From the NCBI GenBank assembly GCA_000388065.2, contig KB932201.1: 64,000 nucleotides of DNA, one strand, 5' to 3'. Below are positions 23,354 to 36,152 of this stretch, piece by piece. Position numbers and translations under genes: made by a program. How positions within the stretch are numbered: position 1 is the stretch's first letter; every line of letters begins with the position of its first letter. The stretch is from Fonticula alba ATCC 38817 (taxonomy: Eukaryota > Protista > Nucleariida). The notes beneath the pieces are model-generated. The model did no database searches and was not told the origin of the DNA. It saw only the letters and a list, made by a program, of their open reading frames with translations.

Positions 23354-26071
23354 TGAGGCACGAGCCCGGGCCAGAGGGGATGGCGGAGGGGATGGTCCGC
23401 CAGGAGCTGTGGGTGAAGGGGCCTCGAGTGAAGGGGCGAAACGGGGAGGGGGAGAAGGGGGAGAGAGAGAGAGAGAGGGGGGGGGGGAGGGAACAAAATG
23501 GGAGGCCAGGCGCGTGGAGCGGGTGTTGGAGGGAAGATAGTATGGAGCTTTCCCGGTGGAACACCCGGCTGGGTGGTCCCTCAGAAGGGGGCATTTCGGC
23601 GCATGGCAGGGCGGCCCCGAGGCGAGGGGCGGCCCTCGCCACGGAGGGCGTGTCTTGTGTTCCACGGACCGCAAGCGCCCCGAAGGCCCGGCGAGGGGAG
23701 GGGGCACGCAGCGGACACCTCGCTCCTCGGCGGGGTCAACCTGCTTTGACCCCCCCCCCCCCCCTCCTGGCCCCCGTCCCCTGGTGCACGCTTTCCCCGG
23801 GCCGCGGCGTCCAACGCCGAAAAGAGGGGCCCGACCAGCGAGGCCCTTACCATGGATGGGTGCCTCGATGTGTGTGTGTGGGGAGGTCTGGGGAGCCCCT
23901 TTTGGCCATCTATTAATTACCGCCGCTCGCTCGGGGGGGGGGGGGGNNNNNNNNNNNNNNNNNNNNNNNNNNNNNNNNNNNNNNNNNNNNNNNNNNNNNN
24001 NNNNNNNNNNNNNNNNNNNNNNNNNNNNNNNNNNNNNNNNNNNNNNNNNNNGGGGGGGGGGGATCGCCGTTGCCTCGGTGGCCGGGCTCGCCAATGGCGA
24101 AGGCCAGCCTGCCCGGGCCCGCTCCGGCCCCGCAATCGCCTCGTCAACAGTGGCCGGCGGGACAGCCACCGGGCCTTCGGCGAGATCGCTGCCCCCACCG
24201 CGGGAGACCAGCCGTCAATGGCCCCCGGGGGAGGGGGGGGCCTGGCCCGGGCTGGCGCTGGTATGCTCCTCGGCCGGCCGCCGGCGCGGCGCATGTCCTT
24301 CGTTAGTCGTGCGTGGTGCCTTTTTTTTTTTTTTTTTTTTTTGCCCGACCGATGCTCTCGGACACATCTCCCCCGGTCCGTCGGGCGAAGGGGGTCTCCC
24401 ATGTCAGGGCAAGCGCTGGCAGGTAGCCCGGGTCTCGGTGCGCATGCCACAGGGCGCGCGGGCCGGCCGGCCGGCCGGCCGGCTGGCCAAGAAGAAGAAG
24501 GCAGCCCGCCTCGGGGCTCCGCCGGCCGGGCCTCAGCCGGGGTATGCACTTACGTGAGAATCCTCGCCCTTCCGCGAGTGGGCAGCCGGAAGGCTGAAGA
24601 CGTTTCACTTCTCACGCCGCAGCCAACGGGGCAGGGCCAGACCGAGTGCGGATGCCACCGCCGGGCGGGAATGCTTCTCTCTGGCATCTGCCCCTTGCGG
24701 TCCTGCCCCCCCCCCCCCTCCCCCCCCTGCGAGCGCGCCATGGGAGTTATTGCTATTTCCCCGCACGCCTGCGCATGCCGCTGCAGTAAATGCTGATGTT
24801 GTTGTTGTTGTTGTTGCTGCTGCGGCTGTTGCTGCGGCTGTTGTTGTTTACTCCAGCATCCCAGGCCTCGGGTCCACCGCCCGCCCGGGCTGAAGGCCGC
24901 GCGCTGCTATTGTCATCCCTTCACACACCCACCGGGCCTGCTGTCCGGAGGCCCGCCGGGTGCGATGCTCGGCAGAGGCCCGCACCCCCCCGGGCTGGTG
25001 AGGCACCATTGCTCCGGCCCGCCGGCCCAGGTGCATTGCTCCCACGCAGTGGCCCTCTTCGCGCCCGGGGCTTGCACTCCGCACAGCCGGGGCCTGAGGA
25101 ATGCTGGAGGCCGTTTTGTAGGGAGCGCCGTGGCGCGCCCGTCGGCGCAGCGGCGCCGGCAACCGTGCCCCGGGTCCCCCCCCCCCCTCCCCCGTGTGGG
25201 CCTCATGCGCGCCGGGGCGGCCCTCCCTCGGCCCCTTGTCCGGCCCGCTGCCTGCGAAGACCGCCGTCTCATACTGGGGGATTCCGGGCCCAGGGGCTCT
25301 CAGGCGCTTGGCGGCCGCCGATGTGCCATCGCCTCCCGCCCCCCCCCCCCCCTGCCGCTCACCACCTTCTCTGCGCCCGGGGCAGGGGGTGGGGGTGGGG
25401 GGGGGGCATGTGCGACTGCCGAACACAGCGCGACCACGCACGACACCCCGGGCCTGGCCCTGGCTTGGGGCTTCCCCTCCGGAGTCCGAGAGGGTCCCTC
25501 CTTGCCGGCGTAACGCACGCACACACACACACACAGGCACGCTGAACGGGGCATCTGGCTCGGCCCTCCCCCCCCCCCCCGGCCGCACATAAGCCTACGC
25601 CGAGGCACTCCAATCGTGTGCACACACATGCACACCGGACACTTGCACGCCAGGCAGACGCATCCAGACACAGAAATACTGGCTAGCAGCCCCTGGGAGG
25701 CTACTCCGCCTCCCGCAGCCCACCCCGGGGGGGGGGGGGGAGGGGGGCAAGCGACGCTGGACAAGAACCCCCTCAGTGCCCCTTCGAAGAATGCCGACCT
25801 TCGCGTGGCCCCTGTTGTGCTCGTTGTCGGCGCGTTCCGGCTCCGCATCCCAGGAACACGATAGCACCCTTTCTCCGTAGGTGCCCCCGAAGGTTAACAG
25901 ATGCGCAAGCCCCACGGCGTCGCGGGCGTGCCTGTGTCTGGGCACGGCACGGCACAGCATGCTCCTGGGTGCCCGTCCCGCCCTGCCGCCCCCCCCCCCC
26001 CCCGCACCGCTCACCCACAGCCACCAGCCGCGAGCCCCGTTCCGATGACTGTGTTCCTGACTGGTTGCCCT

Positions 26072-26595
26072 AGCGGAGCGCGCGCGCGCAGGAGAGAGAG
26101 AGAGAGAGAGAGAGACACACACGCACACACATCGAGGCCGACATGTTCCAGAGTGGCCCCCGGCGCGAGGGGAGCCGAGGCTTTAGGCACCATGTGAGAT
26201 GGTCGCCTCGGCCCCGTCCTGTGGGGGCGGGTTGTCGCTTAGAGGCCTCCCCCCCTCGACGCCAGCGGCCCGAATGACACATATACGTGACGTTAGCCAC
26301 GCCGAGCGGGGCGACCAGTGAGGAGCCCCGGGTCGCGGGCAGGCCTGTCGCCGGCCGGGCGTTGGCACAGCATCTTCCCCCCCCCCCCCCCCCCCCCGCC
26401 GCCCCCCCCCCCCCCCGCCGCCGAGCGACACAGCAGGGTCTTGGCGAATGCTTCAAAGAACGGGGGGGCACGCAGGAAGGCCCGAGCGGAGCGCGCGCGC
26501 GCACGAGAGAGAGAGAGAGAGAGAGAGACACACACGCACACACATCGAGGCCGACATGTTCCAGAGTGGCCCCCGGCGCGAGGGGAGCCGAGGCT
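26072..26595. repeat. Pair of ~111-bp direct repeats (26072-26182 and 26485-26595)
   Basis: Near-identical blocks agcggagcgcgc...(ga)n cacacacgcacacacatcgaggccgacatgttccagagtggcccccggcgcgaggggagccgaggct, separated by ~300 bp of unique sequence with no N gap. Confidence 0.9.
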
Positions 26596-27344
26596 AGGGC
26601 CACCCTGCGTCCCCCCCAGTGCCGAGAAATATACACCCCCCCCCCCCCCCCCCCCCACCTAGAGGCCAGTCAACTATGGTCCACTTCCGTCGCCGGCAGG
26701 CGGTGGCCAAGGTGCCGTCTGGGGCGTTCCCACCTGCAGGCCGGCCGGAAATGCGCGATTCCGGCACAGAAGAAGCCCCCCGGCCGCTGGTCCCCAGCCG
26801 CCCGTGCGGCAGACCGAATGCCGAGGCGAGCCGCCGGTCCCCGCGTATGGGCAAGCGCGAGGCGGTCCACCCGGCGCACGGGAAAGCGCACAGGCAGCAC
26901 ACACACTCACGCACGCACGCACCCACGCACGCACGCACCCACGCACGCACCCACGCACCCACGCTCACAGAGCACACAGGGCCCGGGAAGTGGCAGTGGG
27001 CCGGGGCCGGGGGAAACACCCAGTTGCCGGCCCACACACACACACCCAGGGGCCGCCGGGGGGTCGCAACGGTGAACGCGCCCCCACCCCCTTCCCCAGA
27101 GCCGGCCCCATGGGGCCTTGTGCCAACGATCCAGTCGGTGTGCCTCTCGGTGTGATCGTGCGCATGTGATCCGCCCGGGACGCCGCCCGCTCAATCGCGA
27201 TCGGCCCCATTCTTCTCGCGGCCGGCCGGGCGTGCAGGTCCGGGCCCGGCGGGCCGCCCTCGGCTCCAGGCACCAGCCACTGCACCCCCACTCCAATCAC
27301 CCCATCTCCCGTATTTCCGCGCCTCCTGGGTCGCCCCATCCTCT

Positions 27345-27345
27345 C

Positions 27346-27423
<78 letters not shown>

Positions 27424-28117
27424 NNNNNNNNNNNNNNNNNNNNNNNNNNNNNNNNNNNNNNNNNNNNNNNNNNNNNNNNNNNNNNNNNNNNNNNNNNNNN
27501 NNNNNNNNNNNNNNNNNNNNNNNNNNNNNNNNNNNNNNNNNNNNNNNNNNNNNNNNNNNNNNNNNNNNNNNNNNNNNNNNNNNNNNNNNNNNNNNNNNNN
27601 NNNNNNNNNNNNNNNNNNNNNNNNNNNNNNNNNNNNNNNNNNNNNNNNNNNNNNNNNNNNNNNNNNNNNNNNNNNNNNNNNNNNNNNNNNNNNNNNNNNN
27701 NNNNNNNNNNNNNNNNNNNNNNNNNNNNNNNNNNNNNNNNNNNNNNNNNNNNNNNNNNNNNNNNNNNNNNNNNNNNNNNNNNNNNNNNNNNNNNNNNNNN
27801 NNNNNNNNNNNNNNNNNNNNNNNNNNNNNNNNNNNNNNNNNNNNNNNNNNNNNNNNNNNNNNNNNNNNNNNNNNNNNNNNNNNNNNNNNNNNNNNNNNNN
27901 NNNNNNNNNNNNNNNNNNNNNNNNNNNNNNNNNNNNNNNNNNNNNNNNNNNNNNNNNNNNNNNNNNNNNNNNNNNNNNNNNNNNNNNNNNNNNNNNNNNN
28001 NNNNNNNNNNNNNNNNNNNNNNNNNNNNNNNNNNNNNNNNNNNNNNNNNNNNNNNNNNNNNNNNNNNNNNNNNNNNNNNNNNNNNNNNNNNNNNNNNNNN
28101 CCCCCCCCCCCCCCCCC
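27345..28117. repeat. Poly-C tract bracketing the largest assembly gap
   Basis: More than 75 consecutive C before the N-run at 27424-28100, and poly-C again after it. Confidence 0.9.
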
Positions 28118-28582
28118 TCTAACCTCTGCTCTCACTCCTGGCCCTCTCCGGCGGCGGCTGCCCGTGCCAGGCGTCGCCTTTGCAAAGTACGGCGGGTCCT
28201 TCCATATCATTCCCAGAGATCGGGTTGGCAGTCCGATGTGACGACCGTTGGCTCTGTAACATATCCAATACATTGGCACCCATAACCCCTCCCGCACACG
28301 CACCTCGCGCCACACTCTCCGCCCTTCCCCCTGCCCCCCCCCGTACCCAGCCCGCAGACGCCAGACCCCTGGACACGGACAAACACCCAGCGCGCGCCGG
28401 TGCCTTTTGGCGAGGTCCCCTGCACACGGGCCTCCCCCCTGGCCGTGCCCTAGTCACTCTCCGCCCCTCCCCCCCCTCTCCTCTGTCTCGCACCCGCCCT
28501 CCCCCGCTCCCCCCCCCCTGCTATTCCCACTTTCCCGCCCCGTGTCTCGACACCGCACCAGCCGCCTCCCCGCAATACCACC

Positions 28583-31500
28583 ATGTCCAACGCCCCCGCT
28601 CAGTCGCCTGCCCGCGTGCTGGTCTCTGGCGCCGTGAAGGGCCGGTTCAAGACCCTCTTCGACCGGGTGGCTCAGCTTCAGCAGAAGCACCGCTTTGACT
28701 TGCTCTTCCTGACCGGCGACCCCTTCGGCGAAGATGAGGAGCAGGCCGAGCTGCAGCCCTACCTCATGGGCGAGGTGGAGAGTACGCGCCCTGTGCCGCC
28801 GGGCCTTTCCCCGTCCCCCGCCCCCCCCCCCTCCTCCCCCACCTCGTCCCTGTCTTTCGCCTCCATTTGTCCCTTCGCCCTTTCCTCCCCCGGACTCACC
28901 TGCGCCTGGCTTTGCCGCTGTCATCTCCGCTTGCTGCTGCGGCTGCTGGTGCTGCTGCGGCTGCTGCTCTCCGTGCGCCTCCGGGCATCCAGTCCCGGTG
29001 GACACATACTTCATCACCCACGGCAAGATGCCGCAGTCGGTGCTCTCACGCCTCGGCCCGCATGGGGAGCTTTGCCCGAACCTCACCTTCCTCGGTCCGG
29101 CCGGCGTGGTTACCCTGCCGAGTGGCGTCAAGGTGGCCTATGTGTCGGGCGCCTTCTTTGCCCGCCAGGCGCACCATAGCCTGCCGGCCTTCGCCCTGGA
29201 TGAGGAGATGAAGGCCGCGGCCGCGGCCGCCAAGAACGTCCCCTTCACCCAGCGCGAGGTGGATGTCTTCCGTAACATTGCGGCCAACCCGGCCTTCACC
29301 GGGGTGGATGTTCTCCTGACGTCCTGCTGGCCCGGGTGCGTCCTGCCACCGGCACCCGGCCTTGATCTCCATCCTCGGTCCGCCGCTAACTGTCTGTCCC
29401 TTTCCCAGTGACTTGGCCCAGCATCTGAAGGACGCCCCGCCGGCGACCCTGCCTCCGGGGGATCTGATGGTTGGTCGTCTGGCCCGTGTGCGTCATCCAC
29501 CTGCCGCCCCTCGCATGACGATGGAGTGTGTCCGGGGCGGGGGCGGGGGGGGGGGGGGGGCTCCTTTCTTGACTTCAACGCACGCACATCCCCCAGTTCC
29601 CCTCGGCTCGCCTCTTTCCCCATCGATGGCCGCACTCACACAAAAGGGACTGGGCACCGGGTAGTGCATCCGCCCGCGCTATCATTTCGCCTCAACCTCC
29701 TTCGGCGAGCCCGTTTTCTACGAACGCCTGCCCTATCGGAATGACCGCTCTGGCGCTCCAGGCCCAGGGCAGGGCCCGAAGTCCGGCGGTCGGCAGGAGC
29801 ATCGGTTCGGCCGCGGCCGGTCCGCTCCTTCGGACGCCGGCCAGCTGTCTCAGGGTCCCATGAGGCAGATCCTCCCGCAAACTGCCTGTCGCTTCTATGG
29901 CCTGGCTGACGTCGGCAACACCGCCAAATCCAAGTGGCTGGTGCGTTACTTGTGCCACTTCTGGCTCCGTTCCTGCCCCCCCCCCCCCCCNNNNNNNNNN
30001 NNNNNNNNNNNNNNNNNNNNNNNNNNNNNNNNNNNNNNNNNNNNNNNNNNNNNNNNTGGCAGTCCGATGTGACGACCGTTGGCTCTGTAAAACTACCCAT
30101 AACTTTTGCACCACAACCCCCCCCCCCACACCCCCCACCACTCCCCCCCCTCCCCCCCCCCCCCCCCCCACCCCCCCCCCCCCCCCCCCCCCCCCCTGTC
30201 CCGCTCCCGGTCCATTGCCTGGGAAGGGGCAGGCGGGCCGGGGGCCAAACGCCCAAGACCCCGCCTCTGACTCGGCAAATGCCCGCATGCCCTTTTTGCC
30301 TGGCCTCCCTGTCGGCTTGTCAGTTTGCCTTCAACCTGCCGGCCGTCCCGGATCCCCAGCTGCCCAAGGGCACCACCAACTGCCCGTACCCGATGTTCGG
30401 CCCGGCGCCGGTGGGCTTCCCCTCACAGCCTCCCGGGGCCCTGGTGAATGACCGCCGCCGGGGTGGCGGCCCGCATGATGGCCCCTTCCATGATGGCCGG
30501 CCGCAGAAGTTTGCTCGCACCGGCGGCATGGCCCCGGCTTCGGCCCTTTCCCGGCCGGCCGACACTGGCTGTTGGTTTTGCTTGTCGAATCCGGGCGCGG
30601 AGAAGGTGCGTCCTCCTTGACCGCCGGGGGGGGGGGGGGGGGGGGGGCCCCCCCCCCTTTTTGCCCTTCCCTCAGGACGCCTCCCCGCCCCTCGGACCTT
30701 GCTGCCTCGTATCTTACCCATGGTGCTTTTTTTTTCGGCCTCCCGCGACGTTCCTCCCGCCAGCACCTTGTCATTTCCCTCGGTGAGCTGGCCTACGTGG
30801 CCCTTGCCAAGGGCGCGCTCCAGGCCGATCACATTCTCCTCACCCCCATGAGCCACAGCGGATGTTTGAACCTCCAGGCGGCCGACGGCGCAGAGGGCGC
30901 CGACAGCGAGTCGGGCATTAGCCTCTCGACGGCCATCGAAATCGAGAAGTACAAGGTGCGCCATGGTGATTTGGTGTTCCTTCGACGGCAATCGCCGCCG
31001 TCGTCCATGCTGCTCCATGCTTTCAGGCGCAGGCGAAATCCTGCTCTGTCTTCTTCTTCCTTTGTGCCTCCTTGCCGTCCCCACCCCCCCTCCCCCATGC
31101 CTTCGCCGGACTCTCTTGGATGCGCCTCTTCGCTAACCGCCTGGCTGGGGACCACACAGGACGCCATCCGCCGGGCATTTGCCAAGGCTCGCAAGCGTGC
31201 CTTCTTCTTCGAGGTGATTATCCCTCGGCCGAGCCACTCTGGTCCGGAGCCCTCGCGCTTTGTTCACGCGCACATCCAGGCCGTCCCGGTTCCGGCCTCC
31301 AAGTGCGACGATGTCATGTCCATCCTCTCCAGCGAGGTACCCTCTCTCTCTCTCTTTTCCCTCTCTCTCTCTCTGCTTCTCCGTGCACCTGGCCTTTTTC
31401 GCCCGTTCCCCTAAAGAGGGAGGACGAAAAACATACCGCTGTGTGCTGCTCACCAAGCTGCCCTGCCTTTTCCCCGGTTCACCCGTGCGGCAATCGTGCC

Positions 31501-32226
31501 AAAAAAAAAACACCCGGAAACTAGATCGAGCGCATCTCCGGTGCACAGCTTGAGCGGGCGCACTTCTCCGAGGAGGCCTCCTTGGCCGATCCGCTTGCGG
31601 GCGAGTCCGCCCCGGAGGAGGGCTGGTTCCGCCAGCGGGCGATCGAGCTCTCAACCCGCACAACCGAGCTGCTGGCCCCCCTGGCCAGCCCGGAGGTCGA
31701 GGCCCCGGCCGGGTCGCCGGCCTCCGGTGTCGGGTACTTCCGCTGCGAGATCCCGCACGCGGCCGACGGCGCCGACCCCGGGGTCTTCGTTTGCCCGATC
31801 GCCGGGTTCCGCTTTCCCATGCAACTTGGCCGTCTAGTGGCGGTTGGGGCGCTGGGACTGGACCCGAGCCGCGTCGGTACGTTGGCACCTTTTGGATGTT
31901 CCCCCCCCCCCCTTCCGGTCTCAGTCTCTCACGCCCCTCTCGATGCTCGGCCGGCGTTCCCCGGCTGGGCCCCGGCTCCCCCCGGCTCGGCCCTGAGGGC
32001 AGATTGGAAAAACTGCATTGTGCCGAACAACATCGAGGCTCGGCAGGCCGCCGACTTCCGGGAGTTCTTCTCGGCCTTTGAGCCGACCTTCGAGGAGGAG
32101 GAGGCGCCGGAGGAGGAGGACGCCGAGAATGAGCAAACCGACGACGGCCCGGCTCCCAACGAGGCGCCTGCCGCCCCGGCCGTGGGAGAGCCCACGGCGG
32201 CGGCGGCGGCGGCTGCCTCGTCCTAG
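28583..32226 (+). CDS. CWF19L1: CWF19-like protein 1 (Drn1; metallophosphoesterase-like plus CwfJ domains), multi-exon
   Basis: Motifs: RVLVSGAVKGRFKTLFDRV, FDLLFLTGD, PNLTFLG, GVKVAYVSG, GVDVLLTSCWP, CWFCLSNP..EK|HLVIS, YVALAKGAL, HILLTPMSH, HAHIQAVPVP, YF..E, FPMQLGR and DWKNC. Confidence 0.92.
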
Positions 32227-32639
32227 CGGGCGCAGGGTCCATGAGCGCGCGCACACGCCCGCCCACGAACCGGCGACCATGCACACGCCCCTCGGGAGCC
32301 ATTTATTCCGAGCGAGAACTTCATTGCCCGACGCACGCACGCACACACGCCCAAATAGATCTCTCCTCGTTCAGAAACCCCCGGCCCCGGAAGTTTCGAC
32401 AATGCGCAAAGCACAGCGGTGGTGGTGGGCGTAAATTCCCTCGGGGTGTGATCGGGCGGGCTATTTTTCCGAGCTCCCTGCTTCCAGCCCTGGACCCTTC
32501 CATTCCCCCCACATAGACATCACCACTGCACGCGCCGCGCGCACGCACATACACACGCACGCATACATACATCCCTACGGACACCCGTTCGCCGCCCTCT
32601 GCCTCCTCCGCCCCCCCCCCCCCTGCCCTACTGTCTACC

Positions 32640-32843
32640 ATGTCCGACGGTCACTCAACGGAGTCAACGCTCAGGTCGATGTCGGGCCGCTCCCAGTCCT
32701 CGTGTGGCTACTGCGGCAAGAGTCAGACCTCCACCTTCTCGTTGTGTGCGCTTTCCATGTCCCCAAGGGGCCGATCTCCCTCATGACCGCGCCCTTTGTC
32801 GCGCGATGTCCCTCTAACTAGCCACCCTTCTTTTTTGCCCCCC

Positions 32844-32886
<43 letters not shown>

Positions 32887-32987
32887 TCCCCCCCCACACC
32901 ACCCCCCGCACGCCCCCCTCCCCCTCACTCCCTCCCCCCCCCCCCCCCCCCCCCTCCTCCCCCCTCCCCCCCCCCCTCCCTCCTCCG

Positions 32988-33035
<48 letters not shown>

Positions 33036-35724
33036 TCTCCCCGGTGTATCGAGCNNNNNNNNNNNNNNNNNNNNNNNNNNNNNNNNNNNNNNNNNNNNNN
33101 NNNNNNNNNNNNNNNTCCCTTCGAGCCTCCCACTAATCCTTCTCCCTGTCCGTTATCGTCCTTTCCCGCCATCACCGCCACCCTGGCAGTCATGCTGGAT
33201 GTGGGGTTCCGTCGATCTGGCAGCTTTTTCTACCGGCCCAACTTGCTAGCCACCTGCTGCCCTCAGTATCCGATTCGCCTGCAAGTTGGCCCCAAGAGCC
33301 AATCGACCTTGGCATTGCTGTCGGGCTCTCCGACCCCCGATCACTCGCATTTTTTTCCCACCCTCTCCAATGGATTCCACCCGACCTCGGACCAGCGGAA
33401 TTCCCTTCGCCGACTGCAGCGTCTGCTTCAGCAGGGCGTCATCCAGCCGAGTACCCCCGCCCCCAGCCCAGGCAAGGGTACTGCTGCAGCAGCTGCTACT
33501 GCTGCTGCTCCCTCGGCCGCCGCCGCACCACAACCCGGCTCCCTGGGCGATCTCCTGGCGGAGGCCCTTCGCAGTCTCCATGGGGACCTCCTGATGGAGG
33601 CCGGCCTGGAGGCCACGGATCCCGGCATCCTGCGCCTCGGGCCGAATCGCACATACCAGCCCCCTGGCGGACGACGGTGCCAGGCCAGTGGGGAATCTTG
33701 CACGCGCGAGATCGCCTGCTGGTCCAGTGCCGCGGCCTTTCGCCTGCATGCTCTCATGCGCGCTTCCGGTGCTGGCGGTGGCGGTGGCGGTGGGATTCCA
33801 CCTCCGCCGGCCATTGCAGCCGGTCTGGCGGCCAACCTGTCAGCCGCACTGGCCAGTCATCGCCGGATTGCCGGGCTCCCCGGCATGCATGCCACTTGCC
33901 ATGCCGCCGGGCCGTATGTCAACATTCTCCTTTGCCAGGACCCCCCTCCGGCGGATAAGCCCATGGTCACCGAGACCCCTGGCCATGCCGATGAGCCCGC
34001 TGCCCCGGCCTCCGGGTCGGAACCCAAATACATGCTCGTCACGCGCATGGTTCCAGCCTACTACTCGGCGGAATCGCATGCCCTCTACATGGCCTACCAA
34101 ATCCGCACACACAAGTCCAAGCCCAACGAGGTGGGCGCCAGCCAGTATTTCGACTTCCTCATCAGCAAGTGCGTTGCCCTTGGGCCGCCCCTCGCCAGCC
34201 TCTCGGGCCATGCTTTCCTCCCGATGCCCGAGCACTGACACAGGGCCGGATGCCCATCGCTTGCAGCCCCTTCAGGGACACCGTTCCGAAGGACTTGCAG
34301 GAGTACGCCGGCCCGGGGCACGAGTCGGCCGAGTACTCGGCCTCGCTCGGGGCCTTTGGCTATTTCTCCGACACTCCTGACCAGTGGCTGGACGATGTCA
34401 ACTCGGATCGAGTCCTGCCGGCCGTGGGGGCCGACTACGCGGCCAACGCCCCGGATGTGCCCTTCCGTGAAGACTTGGACCTGCGCACTGGCCCTGCTCT
34501 GCCTCTTGGGAGCTACCATTTGGAGTACCGGCTCCGGCGTGTCGATGCCACCGGGCCCGGCCGCCTGGTGGCTGTCAGCGTGTTGGACGTCCTGCCACAT
34601 AGCCTGTCCAGTGTCTATTCCTTCTTCGTGCCGGCCTCCGCCGGGTTGGGGGTTTCCTTCGGCGCGATCACCGCCCTTCTGGAGATTGAGCTCTGCCGGC
34701 GGGGGTCTCTGCCCAGCTCGGCGGCGGCGCTGGCCCGGCTGCACACCCCGGAGGACCCGTGGTTTGCCTTCACGGCTGGCGGGGCGGCCGCCGCTCGGGC
34801 CAAGGCCCCCCCGCACGCCGACAATCCCCTCTGGCCGTACTATGTCCTGGGGTTCTTGATTCTTTCCTGCCCGAAGATGGTGTACAAGGCCAATTACCAC
34901 CCAAGCGAGATGGTGTGCCCGGCAACCGGTCGCTGGACTCCGATCCTGGCATACCACACCCTGCCATCCTATCGGCCGGACCCGGAGACCGGCCCCTCAA
35001 ATGCCCTGCTCCTGCGTGTGTATCGCTCTGCGTTGAACTTTCTCCGCGAGCGCGAGCGCCGGCCGAAGGCCGAACGCTTTGATTTGGCCCACCAAACCCC
35101 CCTTCCGGGGCTCTGGCATTATGCCCGCCCGATTGGCCAGCAGATAAACACGCGTGCTGTGCAGGTGCGCAATGAGTCGCGTGGCCCGGGGTTGTGCTCT
35201 TCTTCGTCCATCTTTCCCCCCCCCCCCTCCCTCACTGTTGGCTCACATATCTACTCTCCTCTCTGCCTGCCTCTCTCTCTCCTCCCCCCCCCCCTCGCCT
35301 CCCCTCCGATGCATTCCTTCGCCTGCGCTCTGGCTTGGACCTGCAAATGCCCCAGGCATTCAGCCGATTCTTCCCAGACCTTGTTTTCCTGCAGCTTGTC
35401 AGCTGGGATGACATGAATGTCATCCTCTTCCAGGCTTCCTATTTTGCGGACATGCCCATCAAAAAGATGCCCCCCAAGGTGAGGGCATTCATCGGTTCGG
35501 ACCCGAACCGGTTGAGTGCCGTCCGGGGGGGCATGTTTGCCCCGGTCCTCTCGATCCTGGCCTCCGCCTATGAGCCCCTGCTGCTGCAGCTCCTTGCCGG
35601 CGAGGCAACCCTTCCAGAGCGTACCGCCAAGCGCTACTCCGACCCGGACCCGGCCGAGGAGGCCGACACCTTCCACACCTTCCTCCGCATGACCACCTCA
35701 ATTCGGCTGTTGGAGATCTTCTAA
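32640..35724 (+). CDS. ATE1: Arginyl-tRNA--protein transferase
   Basis: Motifs: SCGYCG, GFRRSGSFFYRPNLLATCCPQYPIRL, YHLEYRL, LVAVSVLDVLPHSLSSVY, TALLEI and YYVLGFLILSCPKMVYKANYHPSEMVCP. The first intron includes a gap that may hide a small exon. Confidence 0.92.
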
Positions 35725-36069
35725 ATGGGTTGCTTTCTCCGGGCATCCTCCAATCCGACTTGCCTGTCCTCTTATGTTGGTGGCCATTGTGGCGAGGAAA
35801 CCCCGGGAGCCTGGAATGCACGCACACGAATGTCGCCCTAAGTCCAATTGGGACTCCTCCCCCCCCCCCCCTCTCTCCCCGGTGTATCGAGCAACGGGGG
35901 GAAGTCCAAGTGAGCGTCGACACACAAGCCAGGGAAACCCATGGACAGAGAAGCAGCGCGGGAGGGGGGAACCCCACGAAAGAGGGCGAGCGAGGGAATT
36001 TGACAACTGAAGAGCTTTAATATCACATCTGCCTTTTTCTGGGCCTCGTTTGGAGCGAGCGCAGAGCGG

Positions 36070-36100
<31 letters not shown>

Positions 36101-36152
36101 AGGCACAAAACCACAAATGCTGCTCCACCATCGGTGGTGCGGGGTGACACCC

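Noticed and set aside
24790-24870. (CTG/TTG)n tract as a signal peptide (+) or poly-Gln exon (-)
   Set aside because: There is no supporting domain or consistent exon chain; the surrounding ORFs are GC-driven and low-complexity.
33031-35892. 24-mer ccctctctccccggtgtatcgagc repeated at 33031 and ~35869
   Set aside because: Both copies follow poly-C and the first abuts a gap. A mis-join through the homopolymer is the simplest explanation.
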